Shown here piece by piece: positions 44,553-53,549 of a stretch of 64,000 nt of DNA (positions are counted from its first letter, which is position 1; each line of letters begins with the position of its first letter). This DNA is from Candidatus Poseidoniia archaeon (GTDB taxonomy: Archaea; Thermoplasmatota; Poseidoniia; MGIII; CG-Epi1), in assembly GCA_030748895.1 (NCBI GenBank), contig JASMLC010000003.1, positions 78,594 through 142,593 on the forward strand. Direction: 5' to 3'. Made by a program: the position numbers and the translations under genes. The notes beneath the pieces are model-generated. The model had not been told where the DNA came from. It made no database searches and saw only the letters and a list, made by a program, of their open reading frames with translations.

Positions 44553-45470
44553 CTACTGCGCCTCGAGCCAGCGCTCGGCGTCTATCGCCGCCATGCAACC
44601 CATTCCGGCCGCGGTTATTGCCTGCCGGTAGCGTGTGTCGACGACGTCGCCCGCCGCGAATACGCCCTCCACGGAAGTCATGGAGTGCTGCTTCCAGAGC
44701 AGGTAGCCCGAATCATCTGTCTCCAGCTGCCCGCCGAGGAAGCTGGTAATCGGCTTATGGCCGATGGCGATGAACGCCCCGCCGCAGGCGAGGTCCTCCT
44801 CGCTGTCGTCAGCGGTCGAGCGCAGTCGCGCGCCGCGGAAGTCACCCTCCTCGCCGAGCCAGCCGGTGACCGTGCGGTTCAGCTTCCAGGCGATGCGCGG
44901 ATTGTCGCGGGCGCGCTGCCCCATAATTTGCGACGCGCGCAGCCCCTCGCGGCGGTGGACAATCGTCACTTTCGGGCAGAAACGGGTCAGAAAGGTCGCC
45001 TCCTCCATCGCTGAGTCGCCGCCGCCGACAACCATGACTTCCTTGTCGCGAAAGAAGGCGCCGTCGCAGGTGGCGCAGGTCGAAATCCCGCGCCCCTTGT
45101 GCACTTCCTCGTTCTCGACGTCGAGCCAGATGGCCTCGGCGCCAGTCGCAATGACGAGCGCCTCCATCTCCCACGATTTGTCGCCGCTGGTGACCCCGAA
45201 CGGCCGTCGCGAGAGGTCGACAGAGTCAACGTTGCGGTCAAGGATGCGGGTGCCGAAGCGCTCCGCCTGCGCACGCAGCTGCACCATCATCTCGGGACCC
45301 TGGATTCCCTCGGGGTAGCCGGGGTAATTCTCGACCTCATTGGTGAGCATTAGCTGCCCGCCGCTAGCGTAGCCGGCGAAAAGCAACGGCTCGAGCATCG
45401 CCCGCGATGCGTATAGTCCGGCAGTATAGCCGGCCGGTCCCGACCCGATAATAATCAGCTTCTCGGCCAT
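44553..45470 (-). CDS. trxB: Thioredoxin-disulfide reductase
   Basis: FAD motif GSGPAGYTAG. Redox-active CATC. NADPH site GGGDSAMEEA. Confidence 0.9.
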   Translation of the reverse strand: MAEKLIIIGSGPAGYTAGLYASRAMLEPLLFAGYASGGQLMLTNEVENYPGYPEGIQGPEMMVQLRAQAERFGTRILDRNVDSVDLSRRPFGVTSGDKSWEMEALVIATGAEAIWLDVENEEVHKGRGISTCATCDGAFFRDKEVMVVGGGDSAMEEATFLTRFCPKVTIVHRREGLRASQIMGQRARDNPRIAWKLNRTVTGWLGEEGDFRGARLRSTADDSEEDLACGGAFIAIGHKPITSFLGGQLETDDSGYLLWKQHSMTSVEGVFAAGDVVDTRYRQAITAAGMGCMAAIDAERWLEAQ

Positions 45471-45502
45471 TGCAGCGCCAGTCGGGCCGGCGGGTTAAGG
45501 GT

Positions 45503-46243
45503 TCACCCGAAATGGCGCGCGCTGACGATGAAACCGGTATGCCCCAGCATGCGGTGCTGCGGCCGTAGCGCTTGTGGTTTTGGCTCCCAGTCGCGCTGCA
45601 AATTTTCCACGACGCGTAGCTCGCCCCACCCTTCGAGTGCCGCCAGCAGTTGCGCCACCTGTCCAGTGCTCGGGAGGTACGCCACCAGCCGCCCGCCAGC
45701 AACGAGCGCCGTGGCGGCCCAGCCGACCAGTTCCCACGGCTGCGGCAGGTCCAGCGCAACCGCGTCGCACTCGCGGGTCGCGGTGCCGGGCTCCAGCACT
45801 TCCGGGATTACCTCGACCAGCGCTGCGTGCGGGCTGCCGGCGAGGTTGCGCTCGAGCACCTTCCGGTGCGCCGGGCGCGGCTCGAAACTCACAACATTCC
45901 CGTCGGAGGCGACCGCGCGCGCCAGCGCCAGCGTCAGCCCGCCCGAGCCGCCACCGGCCTCGACGACCGCGTCGCCCGGCTCAAGGGCCAGCGCCCACGT
46001 TATCCACGCGAGGTCGCGCGGCAGGATTACCTGCGGACCGCGCGCCAGGTTCGCCTCGAGGTCGGGCAGCGTCGGCTCGAACAGCCGCGCCGGGGTGCCG
46101 ACCAGGTCAAACTCCTCCCCGATGGGCGCATCGCGCAGTACCGCAGACCGGAAGCTGCCCAGCCCGGGCAAGTCCTGCCTCTCGGCATCGAGGTTTACAA
46201 GGTGCGTTTTTCCCTGCGCCAGCAGCAGCCGCCACTTCGCCAT
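45503..46243 (-). CDS. trmI: tRNA (adenine57/58-N1)-methyltransferase TrmI (GCD14 family)
   Basis: SAM motif VVEAGGGSGGLTLALA. Family-specific ILPRDLAWITWALALEPGD. Confidence 0.8.
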   Translation of the reverse strand: MAKWRLLLAQGKTHLVNLDAERQDLPGLGSFRSAVLRDAPIGEEFDLVGTPARLFEPTLPDLEANLARGPQVILPRDLAWITWALALEPGDAVVEAGGGSGGLTLALARAVASDGNVVSFEPRPAHRKVLERNLAGSPHAALVEVIPEVLEPGTATRECDAVALDLPQPWELVGWAATALVAGGRLVAYLPSTGQVAQLLAALEGWGELRVVENLQRDWEPKPQALRPQHRMLGHTGFIVSARHFG

Positions 46244-46264
46244 GCGGGGTCAGCTGCCACGGTA

Positions 46265-47608
46265 TTAGAGCCCTAGCTGCACGGCGACCTGCTCGTCGGC
46301 CGCAGCAAGGAATTGCTCTTCCGCGTCGAGGGAGACTGTCGCGCCCGCCGCGATGGCGTGGCCGCCGCCGATGCCGCCGCACTTGCCGGCGGACTGCGAC
46401 ATTACCTCGGCCAGATTGAGCCCGCGCTCAATGAGCTCCGGCGTCGCGCGCGAGGAGATTATCAGCTCGCCGTCGCGCGGCGAAAGGCCGATGGCGGGCA
46501 GCGAGCGGTCGAGGAAGTAGCCCAGCGCCAGCCCGCAAATCGTGCCCTTCAGCGCCGGCTCGCTGGTGCTGAAGTGCTGGATGGCGTTGCGCCGCTCGAA
46601 CTTCGCCGTACCGAGCAGCGCGAGCAACTGCTCGCGCTGCTCCAGCTCATGCGCCCCCGCACGGCCACGCGCCGCCGCCGAGCCGAGCAGCAGCGCAATC
46701 CCGGTCGAGGTGTCATCCTGCCGGCCGCTGGCATCGACCAGCGACGCCAGTTCAGAGACGGTACAGCCCCACCCCGGCAACTGATAGCTGGGCGCGAAAA
46801 GCTGCTCGCACTGCTCGCTCCCGGCGCCCTGCTCGAGCAGCTTCAGCGTCAGCCAGTCCGCCAGCCGCGCCGCCTTCTCGCCCGCGAGGCTATCGGGCGC
46901 CGCGGCAGGGTCGAGGCCGATTTCGCGCAGCGCCTCTTCGGCCGCAGTGGGCTGCCCGGAGACGCCGACGAGGTACGGCTCGAGCGACCCCTCCAGCGCC
47001 TCGGCCAGGCTCGCACCGTGGAGCGGAAGTTGCTGCTTTTCTTTTAAATAATTATCTTCAGTAGCCATATTAGCGATTTCGAGGTTCCAACCCTTCCATC
47101 CACCAATCATCTGGCGGTCGCCGCAGGCTCCCGCCAGCGCGATGGGGGCGAGGTCACGGTTCGCCTCGTCCAGCGTTAGCGCCAGCGCGAAGGCGACACT
47201 CGCGGCGGACGCCTCGCGGTTGCCGTCAACCCCTGCCTTGTGGGCATTCAGCTCGAGGACGTTGCCAGGGACCTCGCCCTGCGGCAGGTGGTGGTCAACC
47301 ACCAAAGCGGGCGCCTCAAGCTGCGCCAGCAGGTCCATGTAGCCCGATCCGAGGTCGGTGAAGAGCACTAGCGCGGGCGCCTCGCGGTTCAGCCGCTCGA
47401 TGACGTCGGGCGCCAGCGAGAGGACATTGCTGAGGTGGAACCGCTTCCCGAGCCGCAGTAGCGCCTGCACCAGGATGGCTGACGAGGTGAGGCCGTCGCA
47501 GTCGTAATGGCCGATGATACGCACCGGCTGTCCGGTTTCCCGCAAGCGGTCGGCGAGTGGATGTGCCGCTTCCATCAACGGCTGCGGCATCGCCGCGGCG
47601 GGATTCAC
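46265..47608 (-). CDS. RecJ-like DHH/DHHA1 phosphoesterase (archaeal RecJ/GAN-type)
   Basis: DHH motifs IIGHYDCDGLTSSAIL and LVVDHH. DHHA1 motif GGGHAIAAGA. 447 aa. Confidence 0.75.
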   Translation of the reverse strand: MNPAAAMPQPLMEAAHPLADRLRETGQPVRIIGHYDCDGLTSSAILVQALLRLGKRFHLSNVLSLAPDVIERLNREAPALVLFTDLGSGYMDLLAQLEAPALVVDHHLPQGEVPGNVLELNAHKAGVDGNREASAASVAFALALTLDEANRDLAPIALAGACGDRQMIGGWKGWNLEIANMATEDNYLKEKQQLPLHGASLAEALEGSLEPYLVGVSGQPTAAEEALREIGLDPAAAPDSLAGEKAARLADWLTLKLLEQGAGSEQCEQLFAPSYQLPGWGCTVSELASLVDASGRQDDTSTGIALLLGSAAARGRAGAHELEQREQLLALLGTAKFERRNAIQHFSTSEPALKGTICGLALGYFLDRSLPAIGLSPRDGELIISSRATPELIERGLNLAEVMSQSAGKCGGIGGGHAIAAGATVSLDAEEQFLAAADEQVAVQLGL

Positions 47609-48057
47609 CCGACCAGCAGCTTGGCGTTGGCGAGCGTGTATTTCCAGTCGTCCGGCAACACGCTGTTGCGCTTGTAGTAGCGCACCAGCCGCAGTATCTT
47701 TGACTCCGTAAGCTGTAGCGCCCGCCGGTTGTGGACATCCTTGGTATTGGCCTCAAGGTGTTCGCCCAGCCGCACCGCCTTGCGCATCAGGTTCGCCAGG
47801 TCCTCAGGGATATCGGGTGCCAGGCCGGCGTCGCGCACCATGGCCGCGACCGCCTTGCCAGTCGCCAGCTTGACGCTGGGGGTGCCGTGTGAATCGCGTA
47901 GCCGCGTGCCGATTTCGGCCGTCGAAAGCCCCTCTTTCGAGAGCTTGCCTACCAGCTCCTCGACCTCTTTCGGTTCGGGAGCCCAGGCTGGGTGCTCGCT
48001 GCGGGGCAGCGCGCTGGAGCCGGAACGGCCTTTCCGTCGGGCATAGATTCGTGCCAT
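47605..48057 (-). CDS. rps15: Ribosomal protein S15 (uS15, archaeal long form)
   Basis: MARIYARRKGRSGS at the N-terminus and the conserved C-terminal RRALQLTESKILRLVRYYKR. Confidence 0.9.
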   Translation of the reverse strand: MARIYARRKGRSGSSALPRSEHPAWAPEPKEVEELVGKLSKEGLSTAEIGTRLRDSHGTPSVKLATGKAVAAMVRDAGLAPDIPEDLANLMRKAVRLGEHLEANTKDVHNRRALQLTESKILRLVRYYKRNSVLPDDWKYTLANAKLLVG

Positions 48058-48097
48058 AGCTGGAATGTGGGCGGCAGTTAGCCCTCTATTAAAAGAC

Positions 48098-49735
48098 TCA
48101 CACAGCGTAGCCGTAACTCCAGTAGAAAGCGAGCTCGTCGCCAGCGTAGATGCGATAGCAGAACCAGTCTAGCCAGCGGTAGTGGGTGCTGCTGACGATG
48201 GACTCGGGAATGCTGGCGCTGCCGGCTGCCTCGGGAAAGGCGAGGTTCACCAGCGAGAGACTGCGGTCAGCCGAGATGTTCTCGTTGAACTCGTTCCGGT
48301 TTTCCCACGTCCAGAGATGGTCGTGCTGCTCCGTGAAGAGCACGCGCCAGCCAAGGTATTCCAGCTCCATCGCGGCCGAGTCGATAACGCCCTGCGCCAG
48401 CGCATCGGCGTCGCGCGTTGCGACCATCTCCGAATAGGCGTCGACCCGTCGAGTGCGCTTAATGTCGTTGGCCTCGAATAGTTCGCCGTCGGCGTGCGCG
48501 CTGCCCCAGAATGCGGCGGCGATGGTCGGCTCGCGCACATGGTAGCTGTAGCCAGTCTCCGGCCGCTCCATGTGGTCGATGCGGTCGCGCAGGTCGACCG
48601 CGGCCGAGACTCCCGACAGCACGAATAGCGCCGCCACCAGCGCCGCCCGGCCATGACGGGATGGCAGTTCACGCAGCAGCATCTCGGCGCCCGGGCCGAC
48701 CAGCAGCAGCATCCCGGCCAGTAGCAGATAGACAAGGTAGATGCGGTCGAGGGCGACGTAGGCGCCGAGCGCCAGCCACGCCAGCGCCAGCCAGATACCC
48801 AGCGCCGGGCGCCCCTGCTGAAGCGTGCCGCCAGCGCCGAGCAGCGCCAGCAGCAGCAGCGGCCCACCGAGCAAGCCATAATGCACCGCGAGGTTGGCGA
48901 ACCGCACCGGCAGCGTTTCGCCCTCGAAAAGATAGACGCTGAAGAGGCCCTCCGACGGAGCGTAGAGCGTGCCGCCGAGGTAGGAGAGGTAGGCGAGGTA
49001 AATGCCAAGCCCGGCACAGAAGGCGACACCCTGCCGCGCGGCGCGCTCGCGGTCGAGCGCGCCCGCCTGCCAGCGACTGAGCGCCGCCGCGAGCGCGAAC
49101 GCCAGCAGGAAGCCCGGCAGCAGCAGCCCCATGCGGTGGACCGCCGGCAGCGCCAGCCCCAGCGCCAGCGCCAGCGCGGCGAGCCGCTCCGGATGGCGGC
49201 CGTAGCGACGATGCTGGCTGCGTAGCAGCGCCCAGAGGAAGAGCGGCAGCAGCACTACCAGCAGGTAGCGCAGCGAAAGTCGCCAGAGTGCGAAGGTGAT
49301 GAAGCGCGGCGCGACCGCGAACGAGAGCGCCGCCAGCCAGCGTGCCGACGGCGAGACGCCCAGTTCGCCCGCCAGCAGCCACATCCCGGCGACGCCGAGC
49401 AGCGATATGGCGAGCGAGAGCACCAGCGACGACCCTTCGAAACCGAGGCCCGTGGTTTCCTCGAAGGCGGCGGTCAGCGCCAGGTGGCCTCCCGGGGAGG
49501 TGCCGGGGTAGAGCCCGAAATACGCCGCGGGATGGAGCAGCCACTCCATTGCGCCGGCATCGCGCAGCGACGCAACCTGCACGAAATACTCGAAGCTGTC
49601 GCTGCCGGTCGGGCGAGGCGTCAGGGGCCAGCGTAGCAGCAGCGTCACCGCCATCAGGAGTGCGCCCGCAACCCGGGGGAGAGGCCGGCCCATGGCGGTG
49701 CAGCCAGCGCGTGCTAAAAGCGGCTGCTGCGCCAC
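48098..49735 (-). CDS. Large polytopic membrane protein (putative GT-C-like glycosyltransferase; function uncertain)
   Basis: At least 10 predicted TM helices followed by a soluble C-terminal domain of about 150 aa. No AglB WWDYG motif. Confidence 0.5.
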   Translation of the reverse strand: MAQQPLLARAGCTAMGRPLPRVAGALLMAVTLLLRWPLTPRPTGSDSFEYFVQVASLRDAGAMEWLLHPAAYFGLYPGTSPGGHLALTAAFEETTGLGFEGSSLVLSLAISLLGVAGMWLLAGELGVSPSARWLAALSFAVAPRFITFALWRLSLRYLLVVLLPLFLWALLRSQHRRYGRHPERLAALALALGLALPAVHRMGLLLPGFLLAFALAAALSRWQAGALDRERAARQGVAFCAGLGIYLAYLSYLGGTLYAPSEGLFSVYLFEGETLPVRFANLAVHYGLLGGPLLLLALLGAGGTLQQGRPALGIWLALAWLALGAYVALDRIYLVYLLLAGMLLLVGPGAEMLLRELPSRHGRAALVAALFVLSGVSAAVDLRDRIDHMERPETGYSYHVREPTIAAAFWGSAHADGELFEANDIKRTRRVDAYSEMVATRDADALAQGVIDSAAMELEYLGWRVLFTEQHDHLWTWENRNEFNENISADRSLSLVNLAFPEAAGSASIPESIVSSTHYRWLDWFCYRIYAGDELAFYWSYGYAV

Positions 49736-49824
49736 GCAGCCTTTCAGTCACCAGCGCTGCAACGCTTCTCAATATCATTATATAGGGTAAGCCGTCCTCA
49801 CAGGCGACCTGACCGGAGGTTACG

Positions 49825-50520
49825 GTGGCTCTTCGAAAAAGACGTAATTTCGGACTGATTTTCGCATTGCTTTCAGCCGCACTCCTGACGGGCGGAAGCG
49901 CATTCGGGTATTCCGGAGGCGGTGACGCCGGCGGCGATGACTGGGCTGCTGACGTGATGCTCCATGGTTGCAACTGCCACAATCCCGACCAGAGCGGAAC
50001 TGGCCTCTGGTCGCTCGAGAACTTCCCGGCGCGCTACGAACCGGGAGCGACTTACAACCTGACGCTCACGATTGCAGACAGCGGCGTCAGTGACGCTGCC
50101 GACCCGGCAGCGGCGGGCGGCTTCCTGATGCGCGTCACCAACGGCAGCTTCGAGGGCGGCACCGATTTCTGGGTGAACGACGATAGTCGCATGCTCTCGC
50201 ACAACGCCGATTCGGATGACCAGCGCAACTGGACTGTGGCGTGGACTGCGCCCGAGGAGGGCAGCGGCGACGCAGTGCTGACCGTCTACTTCAACGTCGT
50301 CAACGGTGAGAACGGCAACGATCCCGGCGACGGCTGGACCCGGCTCGTAGCAGTCTCGCTCGGGACGCCGCAGGCGCTGGAGGACGAAGTGGGTATCCAC
50401 GAACTGGGGGTCAGCCTGAAACAGTACTGGATTGGGCTTATCGGTATCGGCATCACGATGGTCTTCGTGCTGCTGGCGTACATCGTACTACGAGGGGGGA
50501 GCGCCAATTACCGGGGTTAA
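49825..50520 (+). CDS. Exported reeler-like beta-sandwich protein with a C-terminal TM anchor. First gene of the Rieske/cyt b operon.
   Basis: GTG start with GGAGGT 5 nt upstream and a TATA (cattatatagg) further upstream. Signal LIFALLSAALLTGGSAFG. Motif HGCNCH...Y.PG.TY.L.L...GF.M.V.NG...W.VAW.AP.EGSGD.V.F. C-terminal TM IGLIGIGITMVFVLLAYIVL. Confidence 0.6.
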   Translation: MALRKRRNFGLIFALLSAALLTGGSAFGYSGGGDAGGDDWAADVMLHGCNCHNPDQSGTGLWSLENFPARYEPGATYNLTLTIADSGVSDAADPAAAGGFLMRVTNGSFEGGTDFWVNDDSRMLSHNADSDDQRNWTVAWTAPEEGSGDAVLTVYFNVVNGENGNDPGDGWTRLVAVSLGTPQALEDEVGIHELGVSLKQYWIGLIGIGITMVFVLLAYIVLRGGSANYRG

Positions 50521-50536
50521 CGAAATCCTCGAGCAG

Positions 50537-50872
50537 GTGGCTCGCGGCGAGCTGACGCAGGCGGACGCGCAGAAGCTGCTCGGCACCCGCGGTGACGAGC
50601 AGCTCGGCGCCATCCGGCACGAGACGCCGGCGCCGGAGCAGCTCTCGATTTTTGCAATTATCATGCTGCTGATGGTGGTGCAACTGCTCTACGACGCGCT
50701 CTTCATCTACGGACTGCTCGAGGGGTGGGACCAGACTTTCCTCTCGTTCATCATCGGAATGGCGATGCTGACGTTCGGGCTGATGCTCGACCTCTACCGC
50801 CGCAGCTTCCTGCCCGACGTACTTGAGACCAAGCGCCGCCGCGACAAGGTCGTGCCGCGGCTGGAGCGATAG
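50537..50872 (+). CDS. Small two-TM membrane protein (start uncertain)
   Basis: The ORF continues in frame behind the reeler gene. GTG at 50537 or ATG near 50660. Hydrophobic helices IFAIIMLLMVVQLLYDALFIY and FLSFIIGMAMLTFGLML. Confidence 0.35.
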   Translation: MARGELTQADAQKLLGTRGDEQLGAIRHETPAPEQLSIFAIIMLLMVVQLLYDALFIYGLLEGWDQTFLSFIIGMAMLTFGLMLDLYRRSFLPDVLETKRRRDKVVPRLER

Positions 50873-51547
50873 ATGGCGGTCACGCGACGCGACTTCCTGA
50901 AAGGCGCGCTGGCGCTTGCCGGCAGCGGCCTTGGCGGTGCGCTGGCAGTGCCGGGACTCAAGACGCTGCTGCCGCCACCGGTAACGCACTGCAACCCAGA
51001 CGAGGTGCATGACACGCTGCTCTACAAGGAGCGGGAGCCGGGAACGTGGTACGAGCCGATGGCGGGCAACGTGGCGCGCAAGGAGGACTTCGCGCTGAAC
51101 CAGTCGGCAATGGTAACCTGGGCGCCGAAGGAACTGGAAGCGGAGCTGGGGAGCTGCGAAGCCGTGCTGACGCTGGTGAAGGTCCCGACCGAGGATTCGA
51201 TGGCCGAATGGGGTATCCCTGATGACAGTGGCAACACGATGATGATGGCGTACAACACCTACAAGTGCCCGCACCTCTGCTGCAAGCCTGTTTTCAAGGA
51301 CGAGGGCATCGGCATCAGCGGAGATTCGTACGAGAATATGTTCCTCTGCCCGTGCCACCTGAGCCGCTTTGACCCGCTCTCGATTGTCGAGAACATCGAT
51401 GAGAAAGGACGGCCGGTAATGGTCGCTGAACTGGTCGAGGGGCCGTCGCCATATGGGTTACCGATTGTGCCAATCATCGAACGTGACGGCGGACTGGTGG
51501 GGAGAACAGATAAGCTGGAATGGCTGAAATATTGTGGACAGGGATGA
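50873..51547 (+). CDS. Rieske [2Fe-2S] iron-sulfur protein with a Tat signal
   Basis: Twin-arginine MAVTRRDFLKGALALAG. Rieske boxes CPHLCC and CPCHLSRF. Confidence 0.9.
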   Translation: MAVTRRDFLKGALALAGSGLGGALAVPGLKTLLPPPVTHCNPDEVHDTLLYKEREPGTWYEPMAGNVARKEDFALNQSAMVTWAPKELEAELGSCEAVLTLVKVPTEDSMAEWGIPDDSGNTMMMAYNTYKCPHLCCKPVFKDEGIGISGDSYENMFLCPCHLSRFDPLSIVENIDEKGRPVMVAELVEGPSPYGLPIVPIIERDGGLVGRTDKLEWLKYCGQG

Positions 51548-52491
51548 GAACTATAACAGCGGCTGCAACCGCCCTGGCGCTGCTCGCGCTGGCCGGGAGC
51601 GCCCGCGCCGAGACACCTCTGCTGGAGGAGTTCATGCGCGAGTACACCTTCCTGCTGATATTCCTCTCACTGGTCGGGGCGGTAGCCGGCTTCGTCTTCC
51701 TGTGGGCGACCGGGGCGCTGCCGCAGGTGCTGCTGCTGACCTGGGTCTGGCTCGATGAGCGGTTCGCATTACGGCGCTACGCCAGCCTGGCGCGGCGCGA
51801 ATACTACTCGGTGGTCTTCACGCTGCTCCCGGCGAGCGGTCGCACCTTCCCGCAGTCGCACACCGAACGGTACAACGTCAAGGCGGTCTGGTACTGGTAT
51901 CCCTTCTACTGCCTCGGCGGGCTCTCATTTCTGGCATTCATCATCCTGACGATTACCGGCATCTACCTCGGCTTTTACTATGTCCCTGACGGGGATTTTG
52001 TTGAGGACCCTGCGACCGGCGAGATGACTTCCGGCGCATATGAATCGATGGAGCTGATTATGACTGAGGTGAGTTTCGGCTACATCATGCGCGCGGTGCA
52101 CCACTGGGCGGCGCACTTCATGGTCGCTGCGGTATTCCTGCACATGATGCGGGTCTACTTCGTGGGGGCGTACCGCAACCCGCGCGAGCTGAACTGGATA
52201 CTCGGTTCAATCCTGCTGCTGGTGACCATTTTCTTCGGCTACACCGGCTACCTGCTGCCGTGGGACGAGCTGGGCTTCGCCGCCGGCTCAATCGGCCTCG
52301 AGATGGCGACCTCGATTCCGCAGATGGGGCCGCTGATAGCGCAAATCGTCTTCGGCGGGACACAGCTCACCGGCGCGACCGTGCTGCGGATGTACTGGCT
52401 GCACGTCTTCGTGCTGCCGGCGGTCGGCATCGCGCTGATGATACTGCACATGGCCATAGTCTGGATACAGGGGGAGGCGGAGCCGCACTAA
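51544..52491 (+). CDS. Cytochrome b, N-terminal (b6-like) heme-binding subunit
   Basis: ATGA overlap with the Rieske stop. Cyt b signatures W.DERFALRRY, GGLSF.AFIILTITGIYLGFYYVPDG, RAVHHWAAHFMVAAVFLHMMR, TGYLLPWD (PEWY-like). Confidence 0.85.
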   Translation: MRTITAAATALALLALAGSARAETPLLEEFMREYTFLLIFLSLVGAVAGFVFLWATGALPQVLLLTWVWLDERFALRRYASLARREYYSVVFTLLPASGRTFPQSHTERYNVKAVWYWYPFYCLGGLSFLAFIILTITGIYLGFYYVPDGDFVEDPATGEMTSGAYESMELIMTEVSFGYIMRAVHHWAAHFMVAAVFLHMMRVYFVGAYRNPRELNWILGSILLLVTIFFGYTGYLLPWDELGFAAGSIGLEMATSIPQMGPLIAQIVFGGTQLTGATVLRMYWLHVFVLPAVGIALMILHMAIVWIQGEAEPH

Positions 52492-53549
52492 TGGACGATA
52501 TCGAGACACTGATTAGTGAGTACCAGCAGGAACGGCAGGCCGATGATGCGGTGGAGCGCATCGGGCGCAAGACCGAGTTCACGGGTGAAACCCCGCGGCA
52601 GGCCCACTCGGCGCTTGAGGCGTCACACACCAAGGGCGAGCCGCTCTATCCACACGAATTGCTGCGCGACAGCGTGCTCACGCTCTATGTCACCTCGGCA
52701 CTCTTTTTCCTGTCGGCTTTCGTCCCGCCGCCGCTGCACAAAGCGGCCGACCCGGCCGCCGCGACCGCTTTCCCGCCGCCGCTGCCTGACTGGTACCTAC
52801 TCTGGGCGTTCGGCTGCCTGAAGGTGGCGTGGGATATCGAGTTCACGATTTTCGGCCACCACTTCTTCCTGATGACTGCCAAGGTGTGGGGAACGCTGGT
52901 GCAGGGGCTTATCGTGGGACTGGTCGTCGCGGTGCCATTCATCGACCGCGCTCTGGGATATCTCATCGACCCCGGGCCCAAAGAGGGAATTATGGACGTC
53001 CTGAACAGCGGCCACGCGCGACGACCCATCGAGGACCCCGTCCGCGCCGCAATCGGCGTCTGGGGCATTGCCTTCGTCGTGATGCTTTCCATCTACTCCA
53101 TCAACGCCAACATCGCGCTCTACTACCCCGCCATCACGACATCCGTGCTGGCGCAGGTGACGCTGTGGGGGCCGCTCGCGTGCGGCGGGCTGACCTATCT
53201 CTGGCTCGACCGGCGCCGCGCCGAAGGGGCGCGGCCGCTCAGCGACGAGGAGCGCTTCGAGCTCTACCGCGACGGGATTGCCAGCCGCCGCATGCAGCGC
53301 ATCTACGAGTTCAAGCTCAACCGCTGCTACCAGTGCGGCCTCTGCGACGACATCTGCCCGGTGCGCACCAACGAGGGCGAGGAGGAGCTGAACATTATCT
53401 TCAACACTTTCCAGAACGAGCACGACGGCGTCGCGAAATGGTCGTGCATCACCTGCGGGATGTGCACCGCCATCTGCCCGCAGAACATCGAATACGTGGA
53501 TTACGTCCTCGAGCAGCGCGCAATAGCGCTGCAAGGAGCCGCAACATGA
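52491..53549 (+). CDS. Cytochrome b C-terminal (subunit IV-like) domain fused to a 2x[4Fe-4S] ferredoxin domain
   Basis: TAATG overlap. PetD-like PPLPDWYLLWAFGCLK plus TM helices, then CYQCGLCDDICP and CITCGMCTAICP. Confidence 0.8.
   Translation: MDDIETLISEYQQERQADDAVERIGRKTEFTGETPRQAHSALEASHTKGEPLYPHELLRDSVLTLYVTSALFFLSAFVPPPLHKAADPAAATAFPPPLPDWYLLWAFGCLKVAWDIEFTIFGHHFFLMTAKVWGTLVQGLIVGLVVAVPFIDRALGYLIDPGPKEGIMDVLNSGHARRPIEDPVRAAIGVWGIAFVVMLSIYSINANIALYYPAITTSVLAQVTLWGPLACGGLTYLWLDRRRAEGARPLSDEERFELYRDGIASRRMQRIYEFKLNRCYQCGLCDDICPVRTNEGEEELNIIFNTFQNEHDGVAKWSCITCGMCTAICPQNIEYVDYVLEQRAIALQGAAT

Noticed and set aside
48669-49982. 437-aa minus-strand ORF overlapping the polytopic membrane protein gene in another frame, with 48247..49029(-) and 48511..48942(+)
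   Set aside because: This is alternative-frame translation of a GC-rich membrane-protein gene. The chosen frame (48098..49735) has coherent TM helices, and the others are Arg/Ala-rich.
49925-49990. Possible c-type heme-binding motifs (CNCH at 49825-gene residue about 48; C-x4-CH in the giant surface protein)
   Set aside because: Heme c attachment requires CxxCH (occasionally CxxxCH or CxxxxCH with known exceptions). CNCH is CxCH. The motif sits in a reeler-like beta-sandwich context, not a cytochrome fold.
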